Assembly (NCBI GenBank): GCA_046597055.1
Contig: JBKJLC010000191.1
Location: forward strand, 1-63,022
Direction of reading: 5' to 3'
Source: Kofleriaceae bacterium
GTDB lineage: Bacteria > Myxococcota_A > Polyangia > Haliangiales > Haliangiaceae
DNA: 63,022 nt
Below are positions 11,253 through 20,005 of the stretch, one piece after another. Position numbers and translations under genes: made by a program. Position 1 is the first letter of the stretch. Each line of letters opens with the position of its first letter. The notes under the pieces are model-generated. The model was not told the DNA's origin. It worked only from the letters and a program-made list of their open reading frames with translations, and ran no database searches.

Positions 11253-13135
11253 ACCCAGGCGGCGACGACCCGCTCGAACGCGTCCTCCGTCACCTCGCCG
11301 CGGCCCAGCAGCTGGCCCGCATGGGCAGCTTCGACCACGACCTCGGCACCCGCCGCGCGACCTGGTCGCCGATGATGTACGAGCTCCACGGGGTGGCGCC
11401 GGGCACCCCGGCCCCGGCCAGCGTGGACGAGTACGCCCGGTTGCTCCACCCCGACGACGTCGGCCCACTCGGCGACGCCTCCGCGCGCACGATCGCGAGC
11501 GGCGAGGTCAGCGTGGTGGAGATCCGGGTCCGCAAGGCGGACGGCTGGCGGCTCCTGCGCGCGCAGTTCGCCTGCGAGCGCGACGCCGCCGGCCAGCCCC
11601 AGCGCCTGAGCGGCACCATGCAGGACATCACCGAGGAGGCCGAGCGCCGCGCCGACCTGATCCGCGAGCGCGAGCGGGCCGAGGAGGATGGCCGCGCCAA
11701 GACCCGGTTTCTCACCCGGGTCACCCACGAGCTGCGGACGCCCCTGGCCGGCGTGATCGGCATGATCGATCTGGCGGTCGGCGACGTCAGCGCCGCCGCG
11801 CGCGCCGATCACCTGGCCAGCGCCCGGGCCTCGGCCCGCCACCTGCTCGAGCTGATCGACGACCTGCTCGACGCCAGCCGCGAGGACACCTGGCGGATCA
11901 ACGTGGTCGACATCGAGTTCGATCTCGCGGTCGTCCTCGACCAGGCGCTCGCGATGGTCGCGCCGCGGGCCCAGCGCAAGCAGCTGCGCCTCACCGGGAC
12001 GGTCGAGGTCGGCGTCGCGACCAAGCGCATCGGCGACCCGCTGCGCCTGCGCCAGGTCCTGGTCAACCTGCTCTACAACGCCGTCAAGTTCACCCATCGC
12101 GGCCAGGTCCAGGCCCGGATCGCCGCCGGCGTGGCGGGCGAGGTCGTGATCGTCGTCGAGGACACCGGCATCGGCATCGCGCCCGAGCAGCAGGCCGCGG
12201 TGTTCGAGCCCTTCATGCAGGCCTCGGCGGAGCGCGGCCGCGAGGGCGTGGGCCTGGGCCTGGCGATCACCCGCGAGCTGGTGTCCGCGCTCGGCGGCAC
12301 CATCGAGCTCACGTCGGCGCCGGGGGTCGGCACCACGTTCACGGTCCGCCTGCCGCTGCAGCCCTCCACCGGCCGACACCCCGCCGAGCGCGTGCGGACG
12401 ATCGAGCCCGCCTCGTCGCCGATGATCGCGATCACGTTCCGCTCGCTGCGGGTGCTGGTGGCCGAGGACAGCCCGGTCAACGCCGAGATCGCGCGGGCCA
12501 TGGTCGACCGCATCGGCCACACCTCGCGCTGGGTCTCCGACGGCCGGGCCGCGGTCGAGGCCGCCGCCGCCGAGCCGTTCGACGTGATCCTGATGGACCT
12601 CGAGATGCCCCATCTCGACGGCGCCGCGGCGACCCGGGCGATCCGCGCGGCCGAGCACGCCGCTGGCCGGCCGCGGGTCCCGGTGATCGCGGTCTCGGCG
12701 CACCACGACGCCGAGCTGACCGCGGCCAGCGCCGGCATGGACGCCTGCATGCGCAAGCCGATCGACCTCGATGCGCTCGCGGTGCTGCTCGCCCGCGCCG
12801 GAAGCGGCGAGCTGGCCGGCCCGATCGACCACGCCGCCCGGCTGGCTCGCGTCGGCGGCCGGTCCGAGCTGGCCCGCACCATCGTCGGCACCTTCCTGAG
12901 CCACCAACCGACCCTGCTCGAGCCGATCGATCAGGCGCTCACCGCCGGCAGCGGCGAGGACCTGCACCGCGCCGCCCACGGGCTCCGGGGCGCGCTCGCG
13001 ATGGTCGGCGCCCAGCGCGCCGCCGAGCTGGCCGGGACCCTCGAGCGGGCCGCGCTGTCCGAGGCCATGCGCCTGCGCGACCTGCTGGTCGCCGAGCTGG
13101 CCCGGGTCGGTGCCGAGCTCGCGCTGGTGCGCTGA
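11249..13135 (+). CDS. Hybrid histidine kinase (PAS-HisKA-HATPase-REC-Hpt)
   Basis: GTG overlapping the cstA stop; HPDD PAS, THELRTPL H-box, NAVKFT, DTGIGI, GLGLAI, DVILMDLEMP receiver, AHGLRG Hpt. Confidence 0.9.
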   Translation: MNPGGDDPLERVLRHLAAAQQLARMGSFDHDLGTRRATWSPMMYELHGVAPGTPAPASVDEYARLLHPDDVGPLGDASARTIASGEVSVVEIRVRKADGWRLLRAQFACERDAAGQPQRLSGTMQDITEEAERRADLIRERERAEEDGRAKTRFLTRVTHELRTPLAGVIGMIDLAVGDVSAAARADHLASARASARHLLELIDDLLDASREDTWRINVVDIEFDLAVVLDQALAMVAPRAQRKQLRLTGTVEVGVATKRIGDPLRLRQVLVNLLYNAVKFTHRGQVQARIAAGVAGEVVIVVEDTGIGIAPEQQAAVFEPFMQASAERGREGVGLGLAITRELVSALGGTIELTSAPGVGTTFTVRLPLQPSTGRHPAERVRTIEPASSPMIAITFRSLRVLVAEDSPVNAEIARAMVDRIGHTSRWVSDGRAAVEAAAAEPFDVILMDLEMPHLDGAAATRAIRAAEHAAGRPRVPVIAVSAHHDAELTAASAGMDACMRKPIDLDALAVLLARAGSGELAGPIDHAARLARVGGRSELARTIVGTFLSHQPTLLEPIDQALTAGSGEDLHRAAHGLRGALAMVGAQRAAELAGTLERAALSEAMRLRDLLVAELARVGAELALVR

Positions 13136-13157
13136 CGGCGAGCGCCGTCGTCGCCGA

Positions 13158-13880
13158 CTACTGGCCGCTGACGCGGACCCGCTTGTGCGCGCCGCTCGAC
13201 GCGGTCACATCCAGCGCGTGGTCGCCCGCCGGCACCCGCAGGGTCAGGTGGCCGCGCCGGACGTCGCTGCCGGTGACCAGCGCGGCCGACAGCGCGGGGT
13301 CGAGCGTGATCCGGTACGACACCGCGCCGGTCAGCTCGCGACCGAGCGCGAGGGCGGCGACGTCGATCGTCAGCTCGGCGCCCGCCGGCGTGGCGAAGGC
13401 CTCGTCGAACCCGGCGACGGTGAGCTCGGTCAGCTCGGCCGCCGACGCGTCGATCGCGAGGTCGGAGATCGCGGCGACCTCGACCGGCAGGTAGTCGACC
13501 TCGTAGCCGTAGCGGTCGATCGCGATCAGGTCGGCGCGACCCCCGCCCATGCCCACGATCTCGAACCGCGGCTCGCCGCCGCTCGACGCCGGGCCGATGA
13601 CCTGGACGACCCAGGGCGCGCTCGAGACCAGGGTCAGGTCGTCGGCGCTGCGGCCGTCGGTGCCGCGCAGCGAGACGTCGAGCGTGCCGCCGACGGCGAT
13701 GCCGTCGTCCAGGTCACAGCCCAGCTTGCCGCAGTCGTCGGGGATGAGCTCGATCTGGCCGTTGCGGCCGGTCTCGACCTGGTTCCAGTCGCAGCCGGCC
13801 AGCGTGACGAGGGACAGAGCAACCGCCGAGATCAGCGCGCGCGAGAGGAAGGTGAGGCGAGGAGAGGAGAGCGTCAGCAT
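13158..13880 (-). CDS. Hypothetical lipoprotein (beta-rich)
   Basis: Signal peptide with LAGC lipobox; coding-like codon usage; CxxxxC after the lipobox. Confidence 0.7.
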   Translation of the reverse strand: MLTLSSPRLTFLSRALISAVALSLVTLAGCDWNQVETGRNGQIELIPDDCGKLGCDLDDGIAVGGTLDVSLRGTDGRSADDLTLVSSAPWVVQVIGPASSGGEPRFEIVGMGGGRADLIAIDRYGYEVDYLPVEVAAISDLAIDASAAELTELTVAGFDEAFATPAGAELTIDVAALALGRELTGAVSYRITLDPALSAALVTGSDVRRGHLTLRVPAGDHALDVTASSGAHKRVRVSGQ

Positions 13881-13892
13881 GCTCCCTGGTAG

Positions 13893-13908
13893 AGCAACCG
13901 CCGCGCCA
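13893..13908 (-). promoter_or_regulatory. Sigma54 (-24/-12) promoter
   Basis: Minus strand TGGCGCGGCGGTTGCT, near-perfect TGGCACG-N4-TTGC consensus, upstream of ATG 13880. Confidence 0.65.
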
Positions 13909-13989
13909 GCGACCGGCCGGCCGGTGGCGGCCACTTGCGCGCCACCACCGTCAACGCCGGGCGACACCCGTGGTGTGCCGCGGCGGGCC

Positions 13990-15396
13990 CTACAGCCGCG
14001 CGCCGACGCCGAGGATGGCGTAGGTGACCGCTGACGAGTAGTCACCCGCCATGTCGGGGTTCTTCGACGGCGGCATCGGCGCCTCGGCCTCCAGGCGCGG
14101 CGCGGTGGTGCGCGACATGTAGTAGACGTGCGCCACCGTCAGCGACAGGTTCAGCGTCTTGCCGGCCCAGGCGACGCCGGCCTGGCCGATCACCTTGTTC
14201 ATGTCGAACAGCGACGGATCCATGGTCTCGTCGGGCACCGCGTTGCTGTCGTACGACAGGCCGCCGTTGACCTCGAACGCGTCGGTGGCGAACCAGCGGC
14301 CGCCAGCGCGCACGCCGAACGTATCCTTCCAGTTGCGCGGCAGGTTGACGAGGATGCCCGCCTGGTCGGAGGTGCCGTCCGGATTGATCTCGCACTTGGC
14401 GTCGGGGGTGGCCGCGCCGATGATGCACTGGTTCTGGTAGGACGACCACCGCTGGTAGTCCGCCGCGAAGTGCAGCGAGCCGCGCACGAACGCGCGCCAC
14501 TCCGCGCCGAACCGGATCACGTCAGGCAGGTCCTGACTGAGGATCACGTCGACCGGGGCCACCTCGCCCTGACCGAACTTGTTGGTGAGCGTGCCCTCGA
14601 GCCGCGTCTCGCCGAAGCCGGGCTGTGACTGGTACGACAGCCCGATGCGCGAGCACGGCGTCGGCTTGACGATGATGCCGGCCGACGCCGCCAGGTCCAG
14701 GCCCTTGAGCTCGAGGAGGCTGCGGCCTTCGACCAGGACGTCGCCGGTGACCAGGTCGTCGGTGCCGTTGACGTTGCGCGCCCGGACCAGCGCGACCTGC
14801 TGCTGCACGATGTTCAGGCCGGCGCCGATGGCGACCTTGCCGTTCATGAGCTGGTAGCTCGCGGCGAGCGTGTAGTAGAGCGCGCGCTGCTCGCCGTCGA
14901 TCGCGGCCCACCGCTGGGGCCCGTCGACCGCGCCGGGATACCGCTCGTTGCCTTCGTACGCCGCGTTCTTGTCCCAGCTGGCCTGGCCGCCGAACGGCAC
15001 GTAGACGCCGACGCCGACGCCGAGCCCCGGGATGCCGCCGTCGGTCGCGATCCCGAGGAACGGGCTGGCCACCGCGTTGCGAAGCTTGGCGGGCCCCGCA
15101 TTGGCTGACTGAGCCTCGGTGGGCGTCTCGTCACCCAGGTTGTCGATCGCGCCGGGATCGCGGACGTAGTCGACCGAGCGGTACGCGACCAATCCCTCGA
15201 GCACGCCGCGGGTTCCGTGGCCCAGGGCGATGCCGGCAGGATTGTAATAGATAGATGACAAATGGTCGGACGCCGCGTGCCCCCGCTCGCCGCCGAACCG
15301 CGCGGTCGAGAAACCACCCGCCGCCGCTGACGTGCTCAGCACCAGGACGCCGGCAAGACCTTGCACAAGAGGTGAGCTGTATGACACTTTTTTCAT
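13990..15396 (-). CDS. FadL/OmpP1/TodX-family outer-membrane transporter
   Basis: Signal peptide then GGF...; SSIYYNPAG hatch motif, GVGVYVPFG, NWKDTFGVRAG, YDSNAVPD. Confidence 0.85.
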   Translation of the reverse strand: MKKVSYSSPLVQGLAGVLVLSTSAAAGGFSTARFGGERGHAASDHLSSIYYNPAGIALGHGTRGVLEGLVAYRSVDYVRDPGAIDNLGDETPTEAQSANAGPAKLRNAVASPFLGIATDGGIPGLGVGVGVYVPFGGQASWDKNAAYEGNERYPGAVDGPQRWAAIDGEQRALYYTLAASYQLMNGKVAIGAGLNIVQQQVALVRARNVNGTDDLVTGDVLVEGRSLLELKGLDLAASAGIIVKPTPCSRIGLSYQSQPGFGETRLEGTLTNKFGQGEVAPVDVILSQDLPDVIRFGAEWRAFVRGSLHFAADYQRWSSYQNQCIIGAATPDAKCEINPDGTSDQAGILVNLPRNWKDTFGVRAGGRWFATDAFEVNGGLSYDSNAVPDETMDPSLFDMNKVIGQAGVAWAGKTLNLSLTVAHVYYMSRTTAPRLEAEAPMPPSKNPDMAGDYSSAVTYAILGVGARL

Positions 15397-15456
15397 AATG
15401 GTTTCAATGGTTTGCGCTTGACCTGGGAGTGAGCGAGCGTTACAACTTCTTCACGC

Positions 15457-16098
15457 ATGCTGCAAAGAATGTCAACCGGGTCGGTTCTGTTGGTGGGATT
15501 CGCGGCCGCCCTGGTGGGCTGCGTGGACGCAGCTGGGAAGTTCGGTGAATACGAGGATCGCGTTGGAACTGTGGACGCGAGCACGGTCGACCGGCCCCCG
15601 AGCATGATCTACGACATCACCGGACGTTTCCTGCTGGTGGTCGATCCCGCATTCGTCCCTGCCAGCGATCCTACGACGTTCGTGCAGTTCCTGACCACCT
15701 ACACGCTCACCGAGCGTCCGGATGGCGCCGTCACGGTCGACGCCAGCATGCAGCCTCTGCGCGTCTACCAGGATGGCGATCGCACCGAGGTCGGCGCGCC
15801 GCTGACCGCCACCAGTCTCTCCGTCTCCAGCGAGGGCGCTTTCAGCGGCGTGTTCGCCGGACGGCTCCCGGGCCCCGCGAACCCGCTCACGGGTGCCGAG
15901 CAACCGATCGACTCCACGATCGTCGCGGTGATGCAGTCGACGGACGTCGTGTGCGGAAACGTGACCGGCACCGTCGCCGGCCTGGATCTCGCCGGTTCGA
16001 CCTTCGCTGCGATCCGGATCACGGACCCCGGCCCCATGCCCGCGCTGCCGGCGCTGGCCGATCTGACGTTCGCCTGCCCCACTCCCGCAGGTCCCTGA
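15457..16098 (+). CDS. Hypothetical lipoprotein, paralog 1
   Basis: LVGC lipobox; shares CVD..GKF, M.YDI.G.FL, VQFL.TY.LT and GTVAGLDLAGSTF.AIR.TD with the next gene. Confidence 0.75.
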   Translation: MLQRMSTGSVLLVGFAAALVGCVDAAGKFGEYEDRVGTVDASTVDRPPSMIYDITGRFLLVVDPAFVPASDPTTFVQFLTTYTLTERPDGAVTVDASMQPLRVYQDGDRTEVGAPLTATSLSVSSEGAFSGVFAGRLPGPANPLTGAEQPIDSTIVAVMQSTDVVCGNVTGTVAGLDLAGSTFAAIRITDPGPMPALPALADLTFACPTPAGP

Positions 16099-16163
16099 AC
16101 CAAGCGCCCGCGGCCGCTCGCGGCAGGTGAATCGCGACCCATTTCCTGGCAGACTTGGGCAAC

Positions 16164-16856
16164 ATGATTGCCTCCCTGCCGGCTCTGGCCCTCGGTCTCG
16201 TCACGGCCCTCGGACTCGGGGGTTGCGTCGACCCGACAGGCAAGTTCGAAGCCTTCGGTCAGCGCGCTGGCACGCCTGACCCGAGCCTGATCGACGGGCC
16301 GGTCGGCATGCTCTACGACATCAGCGGTACCTTCCTGTTCGCGTCCGATACCTCGATCGCACCCGGCAGCGATCCCGCGCAGCACGTCCAGTTCCTCATG
16401 ACCTACGCGCTGACGCGCACCGGCTCCACGGCCACGCTCACCACGAGCCTGCAGCCGCTGCGGGTCAATCCGGGTGGGGTCTACCGCGAGCCGATCGGCG
16501 CCCCGCTCGTCGACAGCAACATCGTCGTCAGCGCTGATGGCACCTTCGGCGCACGGCTATTGGGCATTATCCCGAACCACGCGAACCCAGTGTCTTTCAA
16601 CAGCGTGCAGCTCGACGGCATAGCGTTAAGCACGATCCTCTCGGCAGATCTCGTGTGCGGTCCGTTCAGCGGCACGGTGGCGGGCCTCGATCTCGCCGGC
16701 TCGACGTTCGGCGCGATCCGGGTGACCGACACGACCCCCGCCAACCTTCCGGCACCGGTCGCCAACTGCCCGTCGAACCAGCCGGTCGACGCCGGCGTCG
16801 ACGCCCCGGTTCCGACCGACGCGGCCGTCCCGACCGACGCGCCCGACCCAGTGTAG
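16164..16856 (+). CDS. Hypothetical lipoprotein, paralog 2
   Basis: LGGC lipobox; colinear similarity to paralog 1; DA-rich tail (DAGVDAPVPTDAAVPTDA). Confidence 0.75.
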   Translation: MIASLPALALGLVTALGLGGCVDPTGKFEAFGQRAGTPDPSLIDGPVGMLYDISGTFLFASDTSIAPGSDPAQHVQFLMTYALTRTGSTATLTTSLQPLRVNPGGVYREPIGAPLVDSNIVVSADGTFGARLLGIIPNHANPVSFNSVQLDGIALSTILSADLVCGPFSGTVAGLDLAGSTFGAIRVTDTTPANLPAPVANCPSNQPVDAGVDAPVPTDAAVPTDAPDPV

Positions 16857-17098
16857 ATCGCGCGCGGCGATGGGGCGACGTGATCCGGCGGCGTTTAACC
16901 GCAGGCTGCACGAATACGCCGCGCGCTCGAGAGAAGGCGACGCCGGACCACGCGGAGTTCGTCGCTGACCGCGTTCAGCCGCACCTACCGAATCCCGCGC
17001 GCCGGCTACTCGGTCTTCGGGGTCACGGCCGCGGTGCGCCCCTCGCCCGCTGCCACGGGCACGGCATCTTGTGCCCGTTGAGGGTCAGTTCCGCACTG

Positions 17099-18613
17099 TC
17101 AGCGGTAGCCGATGATGTAGATGTTGGTGTTGGGCAGGGTGACGCACAGGTCGCCAGTAGAGTCCCACGTCGCCGGCAGCGGCGTCGCGAATGGGATCAT
17201 ATCGTTGCAGTACATGCCAGGGGCAGTGCTCGAGCTGGATTCCCCTATCGCCGTCTCCGCGCCCATCTGCCTAACCATCCAGTAGGTTCCGGCGCTCAGC
17301 GTAACCGTGTCCGGGACGTCGTACTCCCCAACTCTGATGGGAAAGGCTCCAGAGCTGGCGATCAGGCTTCCGGGGCTGTCGGCACCGTTGGTGTACACGC
17401 CCATCCGGGCCATGTTGGGTCCCGTGTGCCCGGTGATCATGCCCCACTTGTCGATCGTGACCGGGGCACCCGATACGGTGAACTTGAACGCGTGGACAAA
17501 GCCGCCCGAGTCCAGGACGGTTCGGTTGAAGAAGGTCGGCCAGCCAAGGCTGAGAATCTCGGTGGTGTCGTTGACCGTCACATCGACGGCCCCCGTGACC
17601 ACATCGGTGGCGGTCACCCGCAGCTGGCTCGCCTCGTCGACGTTGTCGGAGTCGCGGACCGCCGTCACCGTCACCGTCACCGGCACGTTCCAGTTGGCCC
17701 CGTTGAAGGTGATGGTGCTGGGCGAGACGGTGTAGCTGCCGGCGATCGCCGGAGTCAGTGCCGCCGACACGGTCCCGCCAGGCATGTTCGAGAGGGCGAC
17801 CGTGAAGGTGCTGGCGCCCGTGCCGTTCTCATTGACGGTCAGGGACCCGGCGCTGACCACGAAGCCGAGCACGTCGTCGTCGGGCACGGTGATGCCGACG
17901 GTGCCGGTGGTGGCGTCGGCCAGCGTCATCGTAATGGTGGTTACGTCCTGGACGGTGTTGGCGTCTTGGGCGGCGACGATGGTGACGTTCTGCGGCTGCG
18001 CGTAGCTGGTCGGCGTGAAGGTCAGGGTGGCCGGCGATACCGTGGCGACCGTCTCGTGGTCGGAGCTGACTGCCACGGCCACGTTCGCGGCTGGCGCAAA
18101 ACGCAGCCTGACGCCGACCTGGACGCTGCCTCCCTCGAGGAGGTTGACGTCGGCGAGCGAGACCAGCACCGCCTGGCTCTCATCGTCATTGACCGTCACG
18201 TTGACTGCTGCCGCCAGGGTCTGGGGAGCGCTCAGCGCGACCGAGGTAGTTTCCGGATCGTTATCGTCGTCCTGGCTGCCGCTGATCTCGATCAACTGCG
18301 GGACGTTCCAGTTGCTGGCGTCGAAGGTCAGGATGGCCGGGGTAGCCGTGGCAAGCGCATTGTCGGCCGCGGCGATCGCCACCTCGAGGCTGACCACGGG
18401 CGGGTTGCGCAGCGTCACGGCGACCCGGGAGCTGCCACCCTCCGCTACCGTCAAGGCGAGCTCCGACATCTCGTCGACGAGGATCGCCTGAGGTCCCTCC
18501 ACCAATCCGTCGGAGACTGGGGCGTCGATCGGCGCGGCCTGGTTCGAGTAAGTCCGTGAGTCGATCAGACAGGCGGCGAGCGACAAGCACAGGAAGGGGA
18601 TGAGCGTGCGCAT
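17099..18613 (-). CDS. Surface lipoprotein with three Calx-beta/Ig-like repeats and a distinct C-terminal domain
   Basis: LAAC lipobox from ATG 18613; three repeats LTFDASNWNVPQ, LTFTPTSYAQPQ, ITFNGANWNVPV, each followed by D.D/V.V.D.D motifs. Confidence 0.75.
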   Translation of the reverse strand: MRTLIPFLCLSLAACLIDSRTYSNQAAPIDAPVSDGLVEGPQAILVDEMSELALTVAEGGSSRVAVTLRNPPVVSLEVAIAAADNALATATPAILTFDASNWNVPQLIEISGSQDDDNDPETTSVALSAPQTLAAAVNVTVNDDESQAVLVSLADVNLLEGGSVQVGVRLRFAPAANVAVAVSSDHETVATVSPATLTFTPTSYAQPQNVTIVAAQDANTVQDVTTITMTLADATTGTVGITVPDDDVLGFVVSAGSLTVNENGTGASTFTVALSNMPGGTVSAALTPAIAGSYTVSPSTITFNGANWNVPVTVTVTAVRDSDNVDEASQLRVTATDVVTGAVDVTVNDTTEILSLGWPTFFNRTVLDSGGFVHAFKFTVSGAPVTIDKWGMITGHTGPNMARMGVYTNGADSPGSLIASSGAFPIRVGEYDVPDTVTLSAGTYWMVRQMGAETAIGESSSSTAPGMYCNDMIPFATPLPATWDSTGDLCVTLPNTNIYIIGYR

Positions 18614-18615
18614 GG

Positions 18616-19611
18616 TCAGAACCTCACGGAAACGTCGAGTCCGACCGAAGTCGGCGTGACCACGGGTGCGACCGCAGTGCGCGCGGTCGCGCGCTCGGGG
18701 GCACCGGTGAACCACAGGATTGCGGCGGCGACCACGGCAGCACCGCCGACGCCATAGGAGATGTTGGCCAGCAGCGCGCGGCTGCGCGCCTTTTCGACAG
18801 CAGCGTTGGCCTCGTTTGCGTCGGCGCAGCCGGTGAGCATGGGACACAAACGGCTGGCATCATCGTCGAACCCACTGGCTTGCATGCCCAGGACGACGCC
18901 CGCGCTCACGCCGAGCAAGCCAGCCGCCCCGACGCCGAGCGCCAGCTTGCGGCGCCCGGTGAACCTCGACCGCGAAGCGCCGGCCTCGTCCTCAACCTCC
19001 CCCGAGGCCACTGTGGGCTCGACCAGCTGGGCGGCCTGCTTGAACCTGGGGACATCGACGCCGATCCGCCCTCCCTCGGGGGGCACGGTGACCGTGGTTG
19101 ACCACTCCTCGTGGCCGGGCGCGCGACCCGCGATGACGTAGCTGCCGCCGTCGATCGGAATGGCCGTGTTCCACAGCCCCGGATCGAACGGCTCGCCGTT
19201 GCGGGTCAGCGTGAGGCCATCGATGTCGTTGTCGCGTGCGACCGACACCGTGAGGTACGAGAGGCGTTTCTCGAGGCTCGCCGCACGCTCTTTGGCGATC
19301 TTGTGAACTGCGGCGCGCCTGGTGTCGCCGCGGGTCTGGCGCTCGGTCTCGAGGAACGCGGTCCACGCCGACTGGATCTGCCCGTTCTTCTCGCGGCAAT
19401 CCGCGAGATTCATCAGGGTCGCGACCGCGGGTTCGAGTCGCTGGCTGGTCGCGAAGGCAACGCAGGCCTCTGCGTAGTTCTTCTCCACCATGAGCTTCTT
19501 GCCGTCGCGGAAGCGCTGCTCGGCCGCGCCCCCCTGATTCTGCGCCTCGGAGATCGACACCAGCAGGCACAGCGACAGCATCACGGTCAAGGATCGGTGC
19601 AGTGAACGCAT
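18616..19611 (-). CDS. Myxobacterial TPR + PEGA-like exported protein
   Basis: Signal peptide; TPR helices (FRDGKKLM..KNYAEAC..F..SQRLEP..TLMNLADC); IPIDGGSYVIAGRAPGH PEGA-like segment; Gly-rich hydrophobic hairpin; terminal beta-strand ending VRF. Confidence 0.75.
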   Translation of the reverse strand: MRSLHRSLTVMLSLCLLVSISEAQNQGGAAEQRFRDGKKLMVEKNYAEACVAFATSQRLEPAVATLMNLADCREKNGQIQSAWTAFLETERQTRGDTRRAAVHKIAKERAASLEKRLSYLTVSVARDNDIDGLTLTRNGEPFDPGLWNTAIPIDGGSYVIAGRAPGHEEWSTTVTVPPEGGRIGVDVPRFKQAAQLVEPTVASGEVEDEAGASRSRFTGRRKLALGVGAAGLLGVSAGVVLGMQASGFDDDASRLCPMLTGCADANEANAAVEKARSRALLANISYGVGGAAVVAAAILWFTGAPERATARTAVAPVVTPTSVGLDVSVRF

Positions 19612-20005
19612 TCGGCCGCAGTCTCGCAGGCTCACATCGGGTGTTCAAGGCTTACCTCCGAGGTCCCGTTTCCTGCCAGCCTCTGCCAGGTTACGGGCAG
19701 TGTTCGCGCTTCAGTTCGACGAAGGAGCGCTCACGATGGCCTCTGATCTGAGGCCGTACGACTGATTGCCCGGTGGTCCATCGAGTACACCGACGACGCA
19801 CCTGACCCGGTGTAGCGATCGCGCGCGGGAGCTGCCGACGATCCGGCTGCGTTCGACCGCGAGCTGCAGGAACACCGAACAGTTTGAAGCGTCGTCTTTA
19901 CGCTGCATTCCGGTGGGCGGCCATAGCTCCGCTCGTGGCCGTTGGCGCGCGCGACTCGTCCGAGCCAGCGGGCCCGCGCATGCCGCGCCTTGGTGGAGCC
20001 GACGA

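Noticed and set aside
16857..17098. Possible gene remnant or ncRNA between convergent lipoprotein genes
   Set aside because: No recognisable motif; only a small hairpin (CGGGCAC/GTGCCCG) near 17056-17078.
19636..20005. Short ORF 19711..19908 and CTGCCAG direct repeat
   Set aside because: Atypical codon usage, no SD or motif; cannot be supported.
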